Assembly: GCA_024137785.1 (NCBI GenBank)
Contig: JAHRHZ010000018.1
Coordinates: 52,149,260 to 52,213,259, forward strand
From: Ginglymostoma cirratum
Lineage: Eukaryota
DNA: 64,000 nt
Reading direction: 5' to 3'
Positions 50,100 through 63,254 of this stretch are shown here, in pieces (positions within the stretch are counted from its first letter, which is position 1; each line of letters begins with the position of its first letter). The translations under genes were made by a program, and so were the position numbers. The notes under the pieces were generated by a model. It saw only the letters and a program-made list of their open reading frames with translations, ran no database searches and was not told where the DNA came from.

Positions 50100-50360
50100 G
50101 ATGAGATAAACGACAAGCTAACTTTTGGTGTTACTGGGCAAATGTTAGCCTTAATATCAGAACAGCGCCACCTTTTTCACAGTGCCATATAATCCTTAAC
50201 AGCCAAATGAATAGGCAGACCAAGTCTTGTGTTCAATGCCTCATCTAAAAGACCACAAATCTGATAGTAAGTGTTATCTTAGATTATAATGGTCATGCCC
50301 TGAAATAAAGTTTGAACCACAAACTTCTCACTCAAGGGACTACAGTGCAAAACACAAACC
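50100..50360 (-). mobile_element. ancient Deu-domain-like tRNA SINE relic
   Basis: CAGTGCCATATAATCCTTAACAGCC...GGCAGAC...TTCAATGCCTCATCTAAAAGAC followed by TTTGAACC (reverse B box). Confidence 0.5.
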
Positions 50361-52723
50361 CAGGTTTATTACTGTGAAGGTAGATGGATGGAGGCAGGAA
50401 AAAGAAAACAAAATCCAGTGATAACTCCCATTTCAAAGTTGTGCATGGAATTCCATTTGTTCAACAAAAATTAGCTTACAGAACTCAACAAGCTTTAAAA
50501 GTAAATCATCACTTGCCATCTGTGCTGCAGATTGTACATTTTCTTCAAGTATCTGGAATGGATATTAAACTCGAGGTTTATAAAATGGTGACAAGATGGA
50601 TTTCTAGCTTCTTTGTTAACAGCAACCAGCATTTCAAACACCACCAACCTGCATACTCTGCATTCTCTTTTTCAAATTCCCCATCTCCAACAGATACCAG
50701 CCTCTATCATACACTGATGGAAGTGGTAAAGTGGGAGCGAGGGCAGTCTCTTAGTGTGATCAACTTGCACAGCATTTTGTATGGGTGGTTCACTACAATT
50801 CCCAGACATGAAGTACCTGAGAAATTGTAAACAGGTTTGATCATAGCCTTGGATTTAGAAAAAGCAAAACAAAATGGAATCTTGTTCTGTGCAATAGATC
50901 AAGATCAAACAAAAGGCTTGTGTTTAACTGCACTCACAGTTATGAAGAATGGTTACATATGCTTGCTAAGTCCAGGAGCGGCACTTGGTAACAATTTTCG
51001 CTTTTCTCCAAATTACTTTGTACTGGAGTGACTTCATAGCACAACCCTGCAACCAAGAGCTTTCAAACAGACCAGAGTTCAAATCGGAGGCTGGAATCTG
51101 GAAAGCCCTCAAGTGGCCTGTCACATTCAAACTCTGGATAAACAGATTAAACGGGGACTCTGGGGCAGGGAGAGAAGATATAACTGCCTACCTTACTGCT
51201 CAAGACCACCTCCTGGTGGATGAACCAAAGTGCAGAGCTGCCTGAATTCACGGCTTTAACCGTAGGTGGATTATGCTTCTCTCTCCCCATTATAGATAAA
51301 ACAGGAGTTGTGGAGGATGGAAAAAGAAGGCAAGAAAAGGCCACAAACAAGCATTACTTTTGAAAATTTACCAGCACATTCTACTTTCCCCTAGTTTCAG
51401 TCAGTTTTAAATTGCATTGTACATTAAAGTAGAAAACAATCAACAAAGTGAAATAACCTATACTGTAGAGTTTTTTTTTAAAAAAAGAAATGATGCAGTG
51501 GGGAACTTTACCCTATAGTTCTCAGTCCTAAGATGCAAAGTTGTCAAAGAAAACATGGTATAACATGAGCTGAATGACAGCAATGTCCCTCTAGTTGTAC
51601 CATAATCACAAGTTACATCACACCAAGAGAGCATGTCTGCTGTATCCTGGACTAGATGCGGACATTTAAATAGAGCCATTTACACCAACTTGATGGCAAC
51701 CAACTTAATGAGACTAATTTTGAGCTGGCAATTAGATGGAAGTAGTTCTACTCCACAAGCACACTATTTGTGTTAGTGATGCCCATTTAAGTGCTGAAAT
51801 TGGATTTGGAATAGTTGTTTATTCAGAACAGAGCTCACTTCACAGCTCCAGAGGCATCAGAAGCAAATTGTGATTCCGACAATGCCTTAGAAGGAGCTCT
51901 TTGCAGGTAGACAGAACAGCAGCACAGCAGGTTTCATTTACAGCCCCCCATCACGTAAATAAGAAAATTTAACAGCCACATTCAACTAACCAATATCACT
52001 CTAGATATAGGCTGAATGTTAGTGACATATATTAAAAAATTGTTAAAAATAGTATGCTTAGCACAGCTCTCTGCATCTTTAGTGAAGTATGATCAGACAT
52101 TATAAAGAGAACAGTAATACTGAGAGCGAGACAAAAACAGAAAAAGTGAAACAGAAAGTATAAATTCATTAAAATATTGGCAGACTTCCCATGGCATACT
52201 CATAGTATGTACGATCATTTTTTTTTAAAACACAGAAGTGTTGCATCATCTAGCACAGAATAACTGGGAAATTCCTAGAAACAAAAATGGTATAACCCTG
52301 CAGCTGAGCTCCACATCAACTCCGAGGAAATTGGTACAAAAATGTTTTACACCAGCTTTATGCTAACTATCACTCAGTTTCTCAAACGATTACAAATTTC
52401 CACATTAGACCCATTGTAATTCAATTTAAGATTATTAGCGTAACACCATTGCGTAAAAAGACCACAGAATGCACATTACCTGTACTGAAACCAGTTCTGA
52501 AAGGGTGCAAATTTACACCCATAATTTACAACATGAAGTCCAAAGTCAATATTTCTGGTGTTTTGTAGCAATTTATTTCAGCTTTGTTTTTTATTTCTTG
52601 TTCGAAACACTTGCGTTCTATCTTCTACAAATGCTTTCTATGGCATCATGATCTGTTGCATCAAAAACAGAAACATCTTCTCAACAGCATTTACATAAAA
52701 CATGCTGAGTTTACTCTGTATGA

Positions 52724-52761
52724 TGCTGCTTGACCTTCTGTGTTCATCCAGCCCCATGCTT
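52724..52761 (+). mobile_element. 38-bp PLE 3' micro-insertion (subfamily A)
   Basis: Matches 100-137; 15-bp TSD GTTTACTCTGTATGA at 52709-52723 and 52762-52776. Confidence 0.9.
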
Positions 52762-52804
52762 GTTTACTCTGTATGAATGCTGGTTTAATATCTTCAAATT
52801 TCAA

Positions 52805-53428
52805 GGGTTAAACTTGCCCCTCACTTAAGCTAGTGATGGAGGGGGGCACTTGGGTGAGAGGTAGGGTAGTTATAATTTGAGCAGAACGTTGGCCCTGGAA
52901 AAATAGTCACCTCTCACCAATTAAGCCCTGGATGAGAAGGTCCACGGGTTGCTTTACTGACCTGCCTTCAATTAAGGCTCTTAGGTGGTCAATTAATGGC
53001 CATTTAAGAGCACAATCTTGGCAGCCTCCTGTTTTACGACCACCATGTCAGGTGAGAAATGAGGCTATTTTCCTAACTGGAAAACCAGGGCAACCTGCTT
53101 GCTAGGCTGGGGGCACCTCCAATCTGAAGTCAATCGAAGGCAACCACTGGCATCAAGGAAGTGCCACTAAAAGCTAGTCCCTGCCTTGCCTCCGATTCCT
53201 GCAGCCTCCACCCTCAACAAGAAGATTTAAAAACAAACACTTAACTTCTCACAACGAGTAGGCCTCGAGCAGCAGCCTTCAGACTCCTAAGTCACCAACC
53301 CTTGAGCTCCTAATGAACAAACTGGCATGCAATTGGATGAGTTCCCTTGGAGGCAGGGGTGGTGCATTGATTCCCTGCCTAACACAATCTCACCCACACT
53401 TAGTCCCTAAAAGGGGGCAATTCCACCT
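52805..53428. mobile_element. MITE-like element
   Basis: Imperfect terminal inverted repeats GGGTTAAACTTGCCCC and GGGGCAATTCCACC; internal palindrome CTCTTAGGTGGTCAATTAATGGCCATTTAAGAG near 52978-53010. Confidence 0.45.
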
Positions 53429-56400
53429 TAATTGTTCCATCAATTAAATAAGAGGAACTTAAAGAACATGTCATTTATGTCATGCTTTTCTCAGATCCCA
53501 ATTATTTACTCAAATTTCTACATTCTGTGATTTGCCAAGTCAGCTGCATAGAAAATTCTTATCGGTAGGATTGGGTGCAAACTTAAGCCTGATAGTTGCT
53601 AAAGCGGAATTGAGGAAACTCTGGCCCATTTTTATCACTTTGCTCACAAGGTGGAATAGTGTCCTTTTAAGGCCATAAATTCAAAAATTATTCACCAAAC
53701 AGAATCTCAAGGCAATGAAAGTTCAATTGTTGTTTGTTCAGGGAATTGTGCAAATTGGAAAATGGCTATCTAGAATGAAATTTGAGAATAAAAACAGCAC
53801 CTGATCGCACATGCATGCAACCTGTGTCTACCTTTGGCTCAAAAAAATTATTCTTCCAGAACATATTAAAGAACTAAACAATGGTGAAAAATGAAAAATA
53901 ACCATAATCAAACTGCCAAACAGAAAATAAGGGTATTCACCCTTGCATAATCATGCAGTTAACAGCTATACATGAAAGCAAAAAATCATGAATAGCTGTA
54001 GTGTACAAAATGGAAAACAATAAAACACAGCAAAATGCTGCTTCAAAATAGACTAAAAATGGCCCCACAGTAAAAAAAACAAAGCAATTATATTTATGCA
54101 GACAGATGACAGCATTTATACCATAAATAACATCAGAGAATAAATCAGTGGGCTAAAAATCTCAGGGCAAAGGTTTGCAACAAGCATATGACCAGAAATA
54201 TCAAATTCCATTTTCAGCTGCAAAGAAGATTCCAAACAGAAAAAGTGTATGAAGACATCCAAAGACCAAGGCAATAACTGTTTAAGTTTAAAGATATGCT
54301 CATGAAATGTGTACTTATTAAAATTAATTTTGCTGTGCTTGAAATCTATTTTCAACAATTTTTTTCTCAATCACTGATGTATAGCAAAGATGGCAGTAAA
54401 AAAACTATTTGACTGATTTTGATTTATTCTTTTATTTGTTGATAGATTTACAGTTGCCAAACATTCCTATACAGCCTTTATTGATAATTAGTTTGCCTGG
54501 CTTCTTTGTATGTCCGTTTTTATGTTTCTTTCCTCTTCCGTAATACTTTATGCTCATCTATGAATACAAAATATAGGCCAAATTAACTTAGAAATTTGAT
54601 TAAGCATTTGTGACGTCCAAAGTATAATGCTAAATTAGGACCAGTTAAACACGATGGACAGAATTCTACATATAATATTTTAAAGTAAAAAGTAGCCAGG
54701 TATGGTCTTTACTAGAGTAAATAAACAATAAAGGGCATTAAGAGAGACTAGCATTTTTTAAAAATCACTAAAGTGTCCATCACGATAAAGCATATTGATT
54801 GTGCAGAGTTGGTGCACAGAATGTTGATTATAAATGGTAGGTAGCACTTAAGAGTGTATGAAACTGTGTTTTGAGAATTATGACTCTGAACTTTAAAAAT
54901 TAGCTCATTCGTTTTTGTTTTGCTGGAAAATAAGGTACCCAAAACAATAAATCACAAACCCAGAAGAAAACACTTCATTTATTCCAAGAATTAAACTACA
55001 GAATTCTCCAAGCAGTGGGAATTAACATATAAAGGTTATGTCTCCAAAAGTGACAAATTCATTTGGATTCAAATTAGCATATTCCTCCCCACTTCGTAAA
55101 AATTGATGCTGATCAAGAATCTAAACAATCAAAAGACTCAAAGCAACACATATTTTAAACGGTAGGGTCTGCTACTAAGAAGGCAAAAAAAAAATGTTAG
55201 TTGCACAGAGAGAGAAGTGAAGAAATAATAAATAAATCAGTAAAACCTTGCTTGTGCTCTACTCCTACGGACTAGTTTAGCAAGCATGAATAGGTCGATC
55301 CTAAGGTGAGAGTTAGAGTTACTCTCTCCTCAGCTAGCTTTCTATAAGAAGTATGGAAGCATGATACAGTGGAACTTGACAGACTGGTGATTGTCAGGCT
55401 CAATAACCAAGAAGCACAATTCAGAAAACAGTCAAGTAAAAGTAATGCTCTTTATGTCCAATCTCACACCACAGAGTCTGGGACAGCAATGGTTTAATTT
55501 CTGTGATAAAGATCTCCCACCACCTTACCCAACAGTCTGTCTTATTCTGTACATCATGATGTACTAATAGTTTGAGGTTTTTTTTAAAAGAAAGATGGCC
55601 TCAATTTTTGCTAATTGCAATGTCAGCCTCAGAGTTTGCCATGTTCTGATCCCTTATTCCCACTCCTTTCTTAGCCAGTTCCATGGAATTTTTGACTTTG
55701 ACAATGATTAAAAGCCTATGTTTAATTCTGTTGAGTAAACTGTAACTTTTTCCTTTCCCTTTCCCAAAACATCTAGACACCTAAAATGTGAATGAACTCT
55801 GTAGTATCTGCATAGTTCATGCTGTGACAGCCATTTCCACAATACTGCAACTATCAGGGGGTGCTGTGTGAAAGTTGTAGGGTTTCAACCTTCTTAATTT
55901 TTTTGTAATCTTCTTGCCTACGTGAACTCTGGCTCTCCACCTAGGAGACCAAACAGACAGAATGACTAGGAAACAGGACAAGCAATGCTTTTGAATCAAA
56001 CACCGATATTGAAGATCGAGTCAATATAGAAGCTAAAATGAGAACTGATGATATCTAAGCACCATTGGTTTAGGTAGATGGGGTTAGAATTAAAATTCTA
56101 GAACTTAGTTAAAGATATTGTTTGGAAATCCAGGCAATTTTGTCTCTTTAACTTAAATGTATTAACGAAATGCTACAATTGTTAAAGATTTGTAATGGTG
56201 GTTTTAGCAACAGTTGATAGATGAAGTGGGAACAACAATTTTGGCACGGGGTTTTTCAACTCTCTTTTAAGCAGACAACAGGATTCATGACACTCGTTGT
56301 ATACTTTCATGTGAAATTGTATATACTTTAGGTTTCACCAAAGCTCTTGAATTTAATTTTGAATTGCCACCAAGCTTGGTGGTCAGAGAGGTATGAATTA

Positions 56401-59400
56401 CCCTCCACTCTGTCCCATATAAGTAGGTTCCTCTTATTCATAATAGGAGTTCCTCAACTCCAAGCAAGTCATATACATTAAACATCCTCCCTGGCATTTA
56501 ATGAGTTTTACTAGTTTGGAAACTGGCAGCCACAGAAACTACTGTGGATCAGGAGACCACCTTCATTTATCACCACCACCAATCACACTGCCCAGTTACA
56601 AACAAAATATGTCATGGTAAACATAATCCATACATCACTTTCTGACATATGTGACCCCATTAGACAGCTATGGCTGGACTAGCAGAAGCATCCTACTGTA
56701 CATTAGAATTAACATACCTGAAACATTTTGAAATCTTTATAATGTATAGAATACTTCATTTCAAATAATTTCATTCAGAGCTTTCAGACCCTATAGATGT
56801 GTTGTCTTTAATTGAAAGCTTTTCAGACTGGCTGCACTGGGGGAATGTGCCTGTTTGCTGTGAAACAGAAACTGAGCCAGCATAAAGCCTGCAGCATGGG
56901 CGGCAATTTAATGAAAGCTCATGAGTGCTGTCCAGGTGCTCTTCTCATCAGTCATTTCTTTCCTTTCAATGGTTGGAAATAAGGAATTCATCTTTTTCAA
57001 CTACGAATTTTGGGAAAGTTATTAGCAAGCATTCTAATATGTTCACAGTACAAGAGATATTAATGAGCAAATTAATATGTACCTCAGTGAGCACAGGTAT
57101 AGCAATTAAGAGCACCGGAGTATAAAAATGTACATGTTTCTATACAGGTGGAAAAAAACAACTCAACACCAATTGTGAATTGACTGAAGAATTTGAAGAT
57201 CAAGAAAATATGTAAATAACATAATCTGTAATACTAACATCACTATAGCGCCACCATTATGTCTGTTTCTGATGTGATAGCATTGATTGTTCAGCAAATA
57301 AGCTGCTAGGCAGAATAAGATTTGGCTGCACGTGTTTTTCAAGGCACACTAGAAACAAATTGTACGCCTGCACTCAGCCTCTTCACACAACTACCCAAGA
57401 ATGTGGAAGGATAGATCACTAGGTTTAAATGCAGCTTTTTAATGAATTGTGGCATTAGCCCACTTAAATTGCAAACTGATCTTTTTAAAACAATACGAAC
57501 AAGTTGATCTTGTGAAATTTCTCTTAGATCGAGGAATTTTTAGCTATGCATTCGTAGCTGGGGATAAGAAAGGATTGGGGATTTTTTTTTGGTGATCACA
57601 TTTCAACCTCAGGAGGACTATTTGGGAACCTGCAAAATCCCTTCACACTCAATAGTAATGTATGTGCAAACTCCTCATAAGAAGTAAAACTAAATAAATA
57701 CACTTATGTTTTTATAATTACTTAACACCTACAAATCAGAAATAGGTATACCCTCAATTAGGCTCCAGGCTGTGTATTACAAAACCGTGCCAGTCTGACA
57801 TAAATATAGCATGCACGCATTCATACTGCCTGGTTGAAGATGTTAAAATAAAAACCGACACCTTCTGTCACCTGGAAATAGCGTGCAAAATAACAAATGG
57901 TAAGCCCTTCACATAGCAGCAAGGCACTCGGTTCGGAATTTGAGCAGTAAGGCATCAAGTTAGCTTTCCTTCTTTCTTCACCTCCCCCTCCCCAAATGAA
58001 GGGGAAGAAAAAAGTTAAGTACTTTGATATCTTACAATGTCTTGTAAAGTTTTTCTTTAAACTCACCATTTGGCAGTTTTTCTTCCCCCTCCAACCCAAA
58101 CCCCCACCCCCAAAACGACATATTTCATTTTAAGATGAAGGTTTCATTGAGCATAACACCAAAGATCACTCTTCACTTAAAAACCCTAAGGGTTAAACAC
58201 AAGCAGATGCTCAAAATCAAGATTTGAACATCATGTATGATCATTTGAGATAATGCAAGTCTGAATTTTGTCCATTATTTTATTTTTTCAATATTAGCTT
58301 TGTGCCATCACTCAATGCAGCATTTCTTATTGTTTCATTGCAGTTGCATCTCAACTGCAAAAAGTTAGAAATGTAGACATAAATTTTTCCAGCTTGTTAC
58401 TTCTTTCCATTGGCAGGGGAGAGAAGAGTTAGTGGGAAGGCTAAACGTTACTTAATTGTACCTCACCATATCCACCTAAATAATCTCCTGAAGTGAGACC
58501 TTAGATAAGACTTGCTCATGTTGACGCCACTCAAAATTTGCAATGTGGCTACATTTAGAGTTTCAGATGGGAGGTTCAACTCCAGAACAAATATGGCCTC
58601 ACTATAAACAATACCTGAGCTATTCTAACAATGAACCACATCCCTTGTGATGAGTCACCCCAATGACTTTCAAAAATGCTTTCAATTTAAAAACCAATAA
58701 GACAGCAGAAACCAGTCCCCACCTCCCTTCAAATGCTGATCCAAGTCAAATTTAGTTTATTTTTTTCAGGACAGTCAATGTAGAAAGTTAAAATTAGTCA
58801 TAAAGGGTTATAAATGGGAATAAATGCTGTCCATGTGGAGCACTATGTACCCACTACACAATTAAACAGTCCCTACCACAGTTTAAAGTATTATTCATAA
58901 AAGGAGCCTAATACTAATTCAACTGCTTTCTTTAAAAGGAACGTAACAAATGAGTAATAGACATCAATAAACCCAAAGATCAATTCGGAAATATAGAATT
59001 ATCCACATGGCAGAAGCTGTGGCTCAAAAATGATGATATCTATCATATGGAATACTGAATCATGGTTTTTGGGGCAAAAGAAAGAAGCTGCTTTCTCAAG
59101 CAGTCTTTAGTATAAATATTTTAGAATGAGAGCTTCAGAAGAACTGTCAGTTGCATGTTGGTGTATTGATTAGATTTTCAGTTGTGAACCTGAGGCATTT
59201 CCTTCAATTCTTAGCAGCACATTAGGCTGATCAGAGAACTAAAATGTATGAAACCAAAAAAAAAATTTCCACAAAACAAGGATTGATATCATTGTTGTGT
59301 GGCTCCCACCTACACACCAAAAGTAAACTGTAATAAAAATTCTCAGCGTCTGAAGGTACTCATAAATTATACAAGAACCGTGTTAAGATTTTGAGAGTTT

Positions 59401-59871
59401 TTTCTAAAAAAGGGATGACCTACAGCAGGCATGATGCAGAGTGACAGAAATAAAATGCTGGAGAGCTGCTCTTTGTGCTGGGAGCTCACCATCGAGCACC
59501 AGAGTAGTTAGCACTCAGAGTACTGTAAATTATCACTAGTCATGGCCATTGATTTTCTGTGTATTATTTCTTTGGGATTAAAAGGAACAATGCAGCCCTG
59601 CTAACACCTTACCAGCAGCTCCACATCATGCTCCTGAAACGGTGTTCTAAAAGTCACTGCTGGCTACTTTAAGTTATTTGTTCATCCCTTTCCCCTCACT
59701 CGTGTCCACATTTACAAAGCGTTTGTTTTGTCCCAGTATCCCCCCCTCCCTTTGCTATCACATCATGTTTCTAGACATGTGTGGATTAGTTTGCAGATGA
59801 TTTCTATAGGGCAAGTTCAACCTCGCCCATTTGCAAAGACTTAATTTAATATGCTTCCACAAACACCAAAC

Positions 59872-59910
59872 CTCTCTCTCTCTCGCGCGCGCGCGCACAC
59901 ACACACACAC
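59872..59910. repeat. compound microsatellite (CT)n(CG)n(CA)n
   Basis: CTCTCTCTCTCTCGCGCGCGCGCGCACACACACACACAC. Confidence 0.95.
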
Positions 59911-61283
59911 CCCACCCCAACGCCTCCCCAACACACCCTTCTCCTACCCCCACTCAGGCCCTCAGGTTACTGGCATTATCACAAGTTTTTACAATGTAAA
60001 CCAGGAAAGGCGATAAGAGCACGCCCGCCTGCAAGGCCAGGCAGACCAGTCTCAACTGGTTCTAAGATAAAAATTGAGCTGTGTCGTGTTCACCCCCACC
60101 CCCCTCCCCAGCTCAGCCAAAACACCCAGGAGCATTAATGTACTGTCAGCAGGTAAGGAAAAAAAATGCACAGAGTATGACACTTTCATCAAAAGTCTGG
60201 ATCTAAGCCAAGTTCATCTGTTAATGGACAGCCATCATCAGGCACATACCCCCCCCCCATTCCTCTCCACTCCCCTACCCCATCCCCCCACCCACCCCAC
60301 CCCCCCACACCCACACCCACTCTGCCAGTCTACTATACTCTTCTACCTCTCAATTCCTAAAAGCTAGACATAGATTATGTCTGCCTTTCCCTTTCTATTC
60401 GGGATAAACAAAGTGCTTCAAGTTCAGGGCACACCCTGGGACCTATGACAAAGCAATCTATCATTCTGTCTGCTAAACCAGTCTGGCTGCACCAAGGCTA
60501 AAGAGACTAATGGTTCAAATGTACAATTTCCCTTTGTGCTGCTGCCCCTGTGCTGCTAACCCCTTTTCTTTACTGTCTTCAGACGAGCAGATGTGCTTGA
60601 CCGCTCTGCATAAGCCCCTCCCTGCCAAGTTAGGTTTAATAAAAAGCTAAAGGAGGAGGAAAAACACAAAGATATATTAAATGAAAAGAAATTGAACAGT
60701 TCCTCTTCTCTTCTTTGAAAGGTAAAATGAAAGCCCATCTCTAATGAAGAAAAGTAAATTGTACGTAACAAATCTGCAAAGCTGCTATTAGTGATTCAGA
60801 GACGAACACGAGAGAGGAAAATCTAATTGTTTATTGTAGAGTGCGCTCGCTCACTTCCAGTTTTTATTTATGAAAAACAGAATAAGTTTGGAAAGCATTT
60901 CACCTGCTGTTACTTACTTTGCTAGAATAAGCTTTTGGCATTCTGTCTATTCTGTGTCCTTAAATGCACACCCTTCCCTCCTTGTGTCACACTGCTGATC
61001 TGTGTCTACTTTACAGACTTCAAAGTACTTCATTCTCCTCTTGATCACTTGTATCTGTGCACATTTAGGACCGCATCAGGTTCAGATTGATCTTTAATAA
61101 ATCTACTCTGAGGTGGTTTATTTTAGATAAACCATATTCTGTGCTTGTGTGCACAGATTGGTTCATTAACAGCTCATGCAGTGAGCTGAATCCATTCATG
61201 TCTGCACATGGAAACCAATTCATATTGATCTGAAGTAGGGAAATTACCATAGGGAGCATATAGCTCGAGTCCGACCTGTTCGG

Positions 61284-61303
61284 CTGTCAATAAGCTGATT
61301 TAT
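61284..61303. promoter_or_regulatory. candidate Meis/Prep plus Pbx-Hox composite site
   Basis: CTGTCA (61284-61289) six bases from TGATTTAT (61296-61303) in a locally CpG-retaining unique stretch. Confidence 0.4.
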
Positions 61304-63058
61304 TAAAGACCGATTCAAACCGATCTCGTTATACAAGCAGTCTTTGAGCAGCGACACCCATCGACTCTCCCAGCCTTATGCTGTCTGCACTACCAGTGTG
61401 TAAAGTGGACTCATCAAGACTAAAAATTAACCACCGCATATCAAATCCAATCCTTAAGGGGTTTCCATGTAAATCACAGCTAATACTTTGCTTATTACTG
61501 CACAAGTTTATTTCTGGATTTTATTCAGTTCGAATTTCTCGCAAGACAAATTCATTGATACACAGGAATGAACAACTCTCAGTTTACTCAGGCTATGCTA
61601 GTTTCCCTTACAATGAGGGAATAACAACCAACACAACAGAAATAACAATTTCAAATAGTTTAATATCAACCAGAACAATATATTAACTTTAACAGGCAGA
61701 TAACCATCCCTGACAAGAGGCAGTATTTCTTAATTAATGCAACATATGCATGGGAAGCTGGTCAGAAAGAAGTTATGTTCAATGCTTGCACTTTGACACT
61801 GGTAATATTTTGAACAGAATTTGCACTATTTGGAACGAAACCTCTTGACATCAGGAATCCTTGGTAGAGAACTACATTATCCTTCATAGAATCTACAGTC
61901 CCTTAACAACACTCCTTTGCCTCATTTGAGGCAAAGCTTAATTATAAACATAGTATTCTTTAAATCTCAAACCATACTAATAGAACTATCCCAAAAGATT
62001 TTTTTTGCACTACTTTTGATGAAATCTTACAACTTTTCAGAGCTGGATTGTCTCCAACAAACTCAGGCAACATGATACACTTGGCTTTTTTTTCTGCTAT
62101 GTGGTGCAGCAATATTCAACAGCCTAAACAATTAAATATGAATCTCCTACAGATTAAAACATGTTGCTATATTATTTGTGATCACCGAGGGGATGGGGAT
62201 CCTTTCAAATCACATAACAACCATTTTCTTCAAGTTGTTAAAATGACAAAATTTAGTTTTGCGGCGTTTAACTATTTAGTTGCACAAGAAGAGTAAAATG
62301 TCAAAGTCACACCATTCTATTTGCTTTGCAGACACACAAAAGGTGGAACAAGTAACATGACATGGAGCACCATGTTAACATTTTAACATCACTGGACCTT
62401 TCAACTAGTCCCCATATCCCCTCCTGTTTTCATTCTTTTTGTTAAGGGGGAAAATGTAAATCATCCAATACATTTCATCATATCTTACTGAAGCAATTAC
62501 ATCAAGAAAATGATAGCACGTTTGGAATCAATTATGCATGCATTGGATTGGGACCATAGGCTATGAAGTCAGATAGGGCTGCACACACAGAAAAAAAAAC
62601 CTGGAACTCACAGATGGACCCCATCAGTTCATCTTACTGTCTAAAAAGTTCATGCACTTAATAATTTATTTGTGTTCTGGATACTGTTTCTCCACTGAAT
62701 ATTAACAACTCTGAAGCATGCTTTCAGTATAGCTGAAGTGGAAGGAAGCGAAGGGCTTGCAGCTTTTCACTACAGCATCTTTGGGAAAACAGCCACAGAG
62801 GCAGCTTCTGTGCTAATGCAGAAAACATGATCAAAAGTGATTAACAACAGCTTCATATGCAAATTACATTAATAAAGGAGTGCAAAGTCATCATGTAAAT
62901 TAAATATGTCGAATCTCTTGGTGAACTTTCAATCTTAAAGAAAGAGGGGAAAAATAGCACTGCTATTGTATGTCATCAATTTTCCCAAATACTCAAATCT
63001 TGGCGATACAAACAATTTTCACCTTTTCTTCTGCAGCATCCTGACAAGCCAGCCTGAT

Positions 63059-63254
63059 NNNNNNNNNNNNNNNNNNNNNNNNNNNNNNNNNNNNNNNNNN
63101 NNNNNNNNNNNNNNNNNNNNNNNNNNNNNNNNNNNNNNNNNNNNNNNNNNNNNNNNNNNNNNNNNNNNNNNNNNNNNNNNNNNNNNNNNNNNNNNNNNNN
63201 NNNNNNNNNNNNNNNNNNNNNNNNNNNNNNNNNNNNNNNNNNNNNNNNNNNNNN
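63059..63254. other. assembly gap (196 N)
   Basis: Run of N. Confidence 1.

Noticed and set aside
50384-50830. 148-aa ORF
   Set aside because: No domain similarity or exon structure evident
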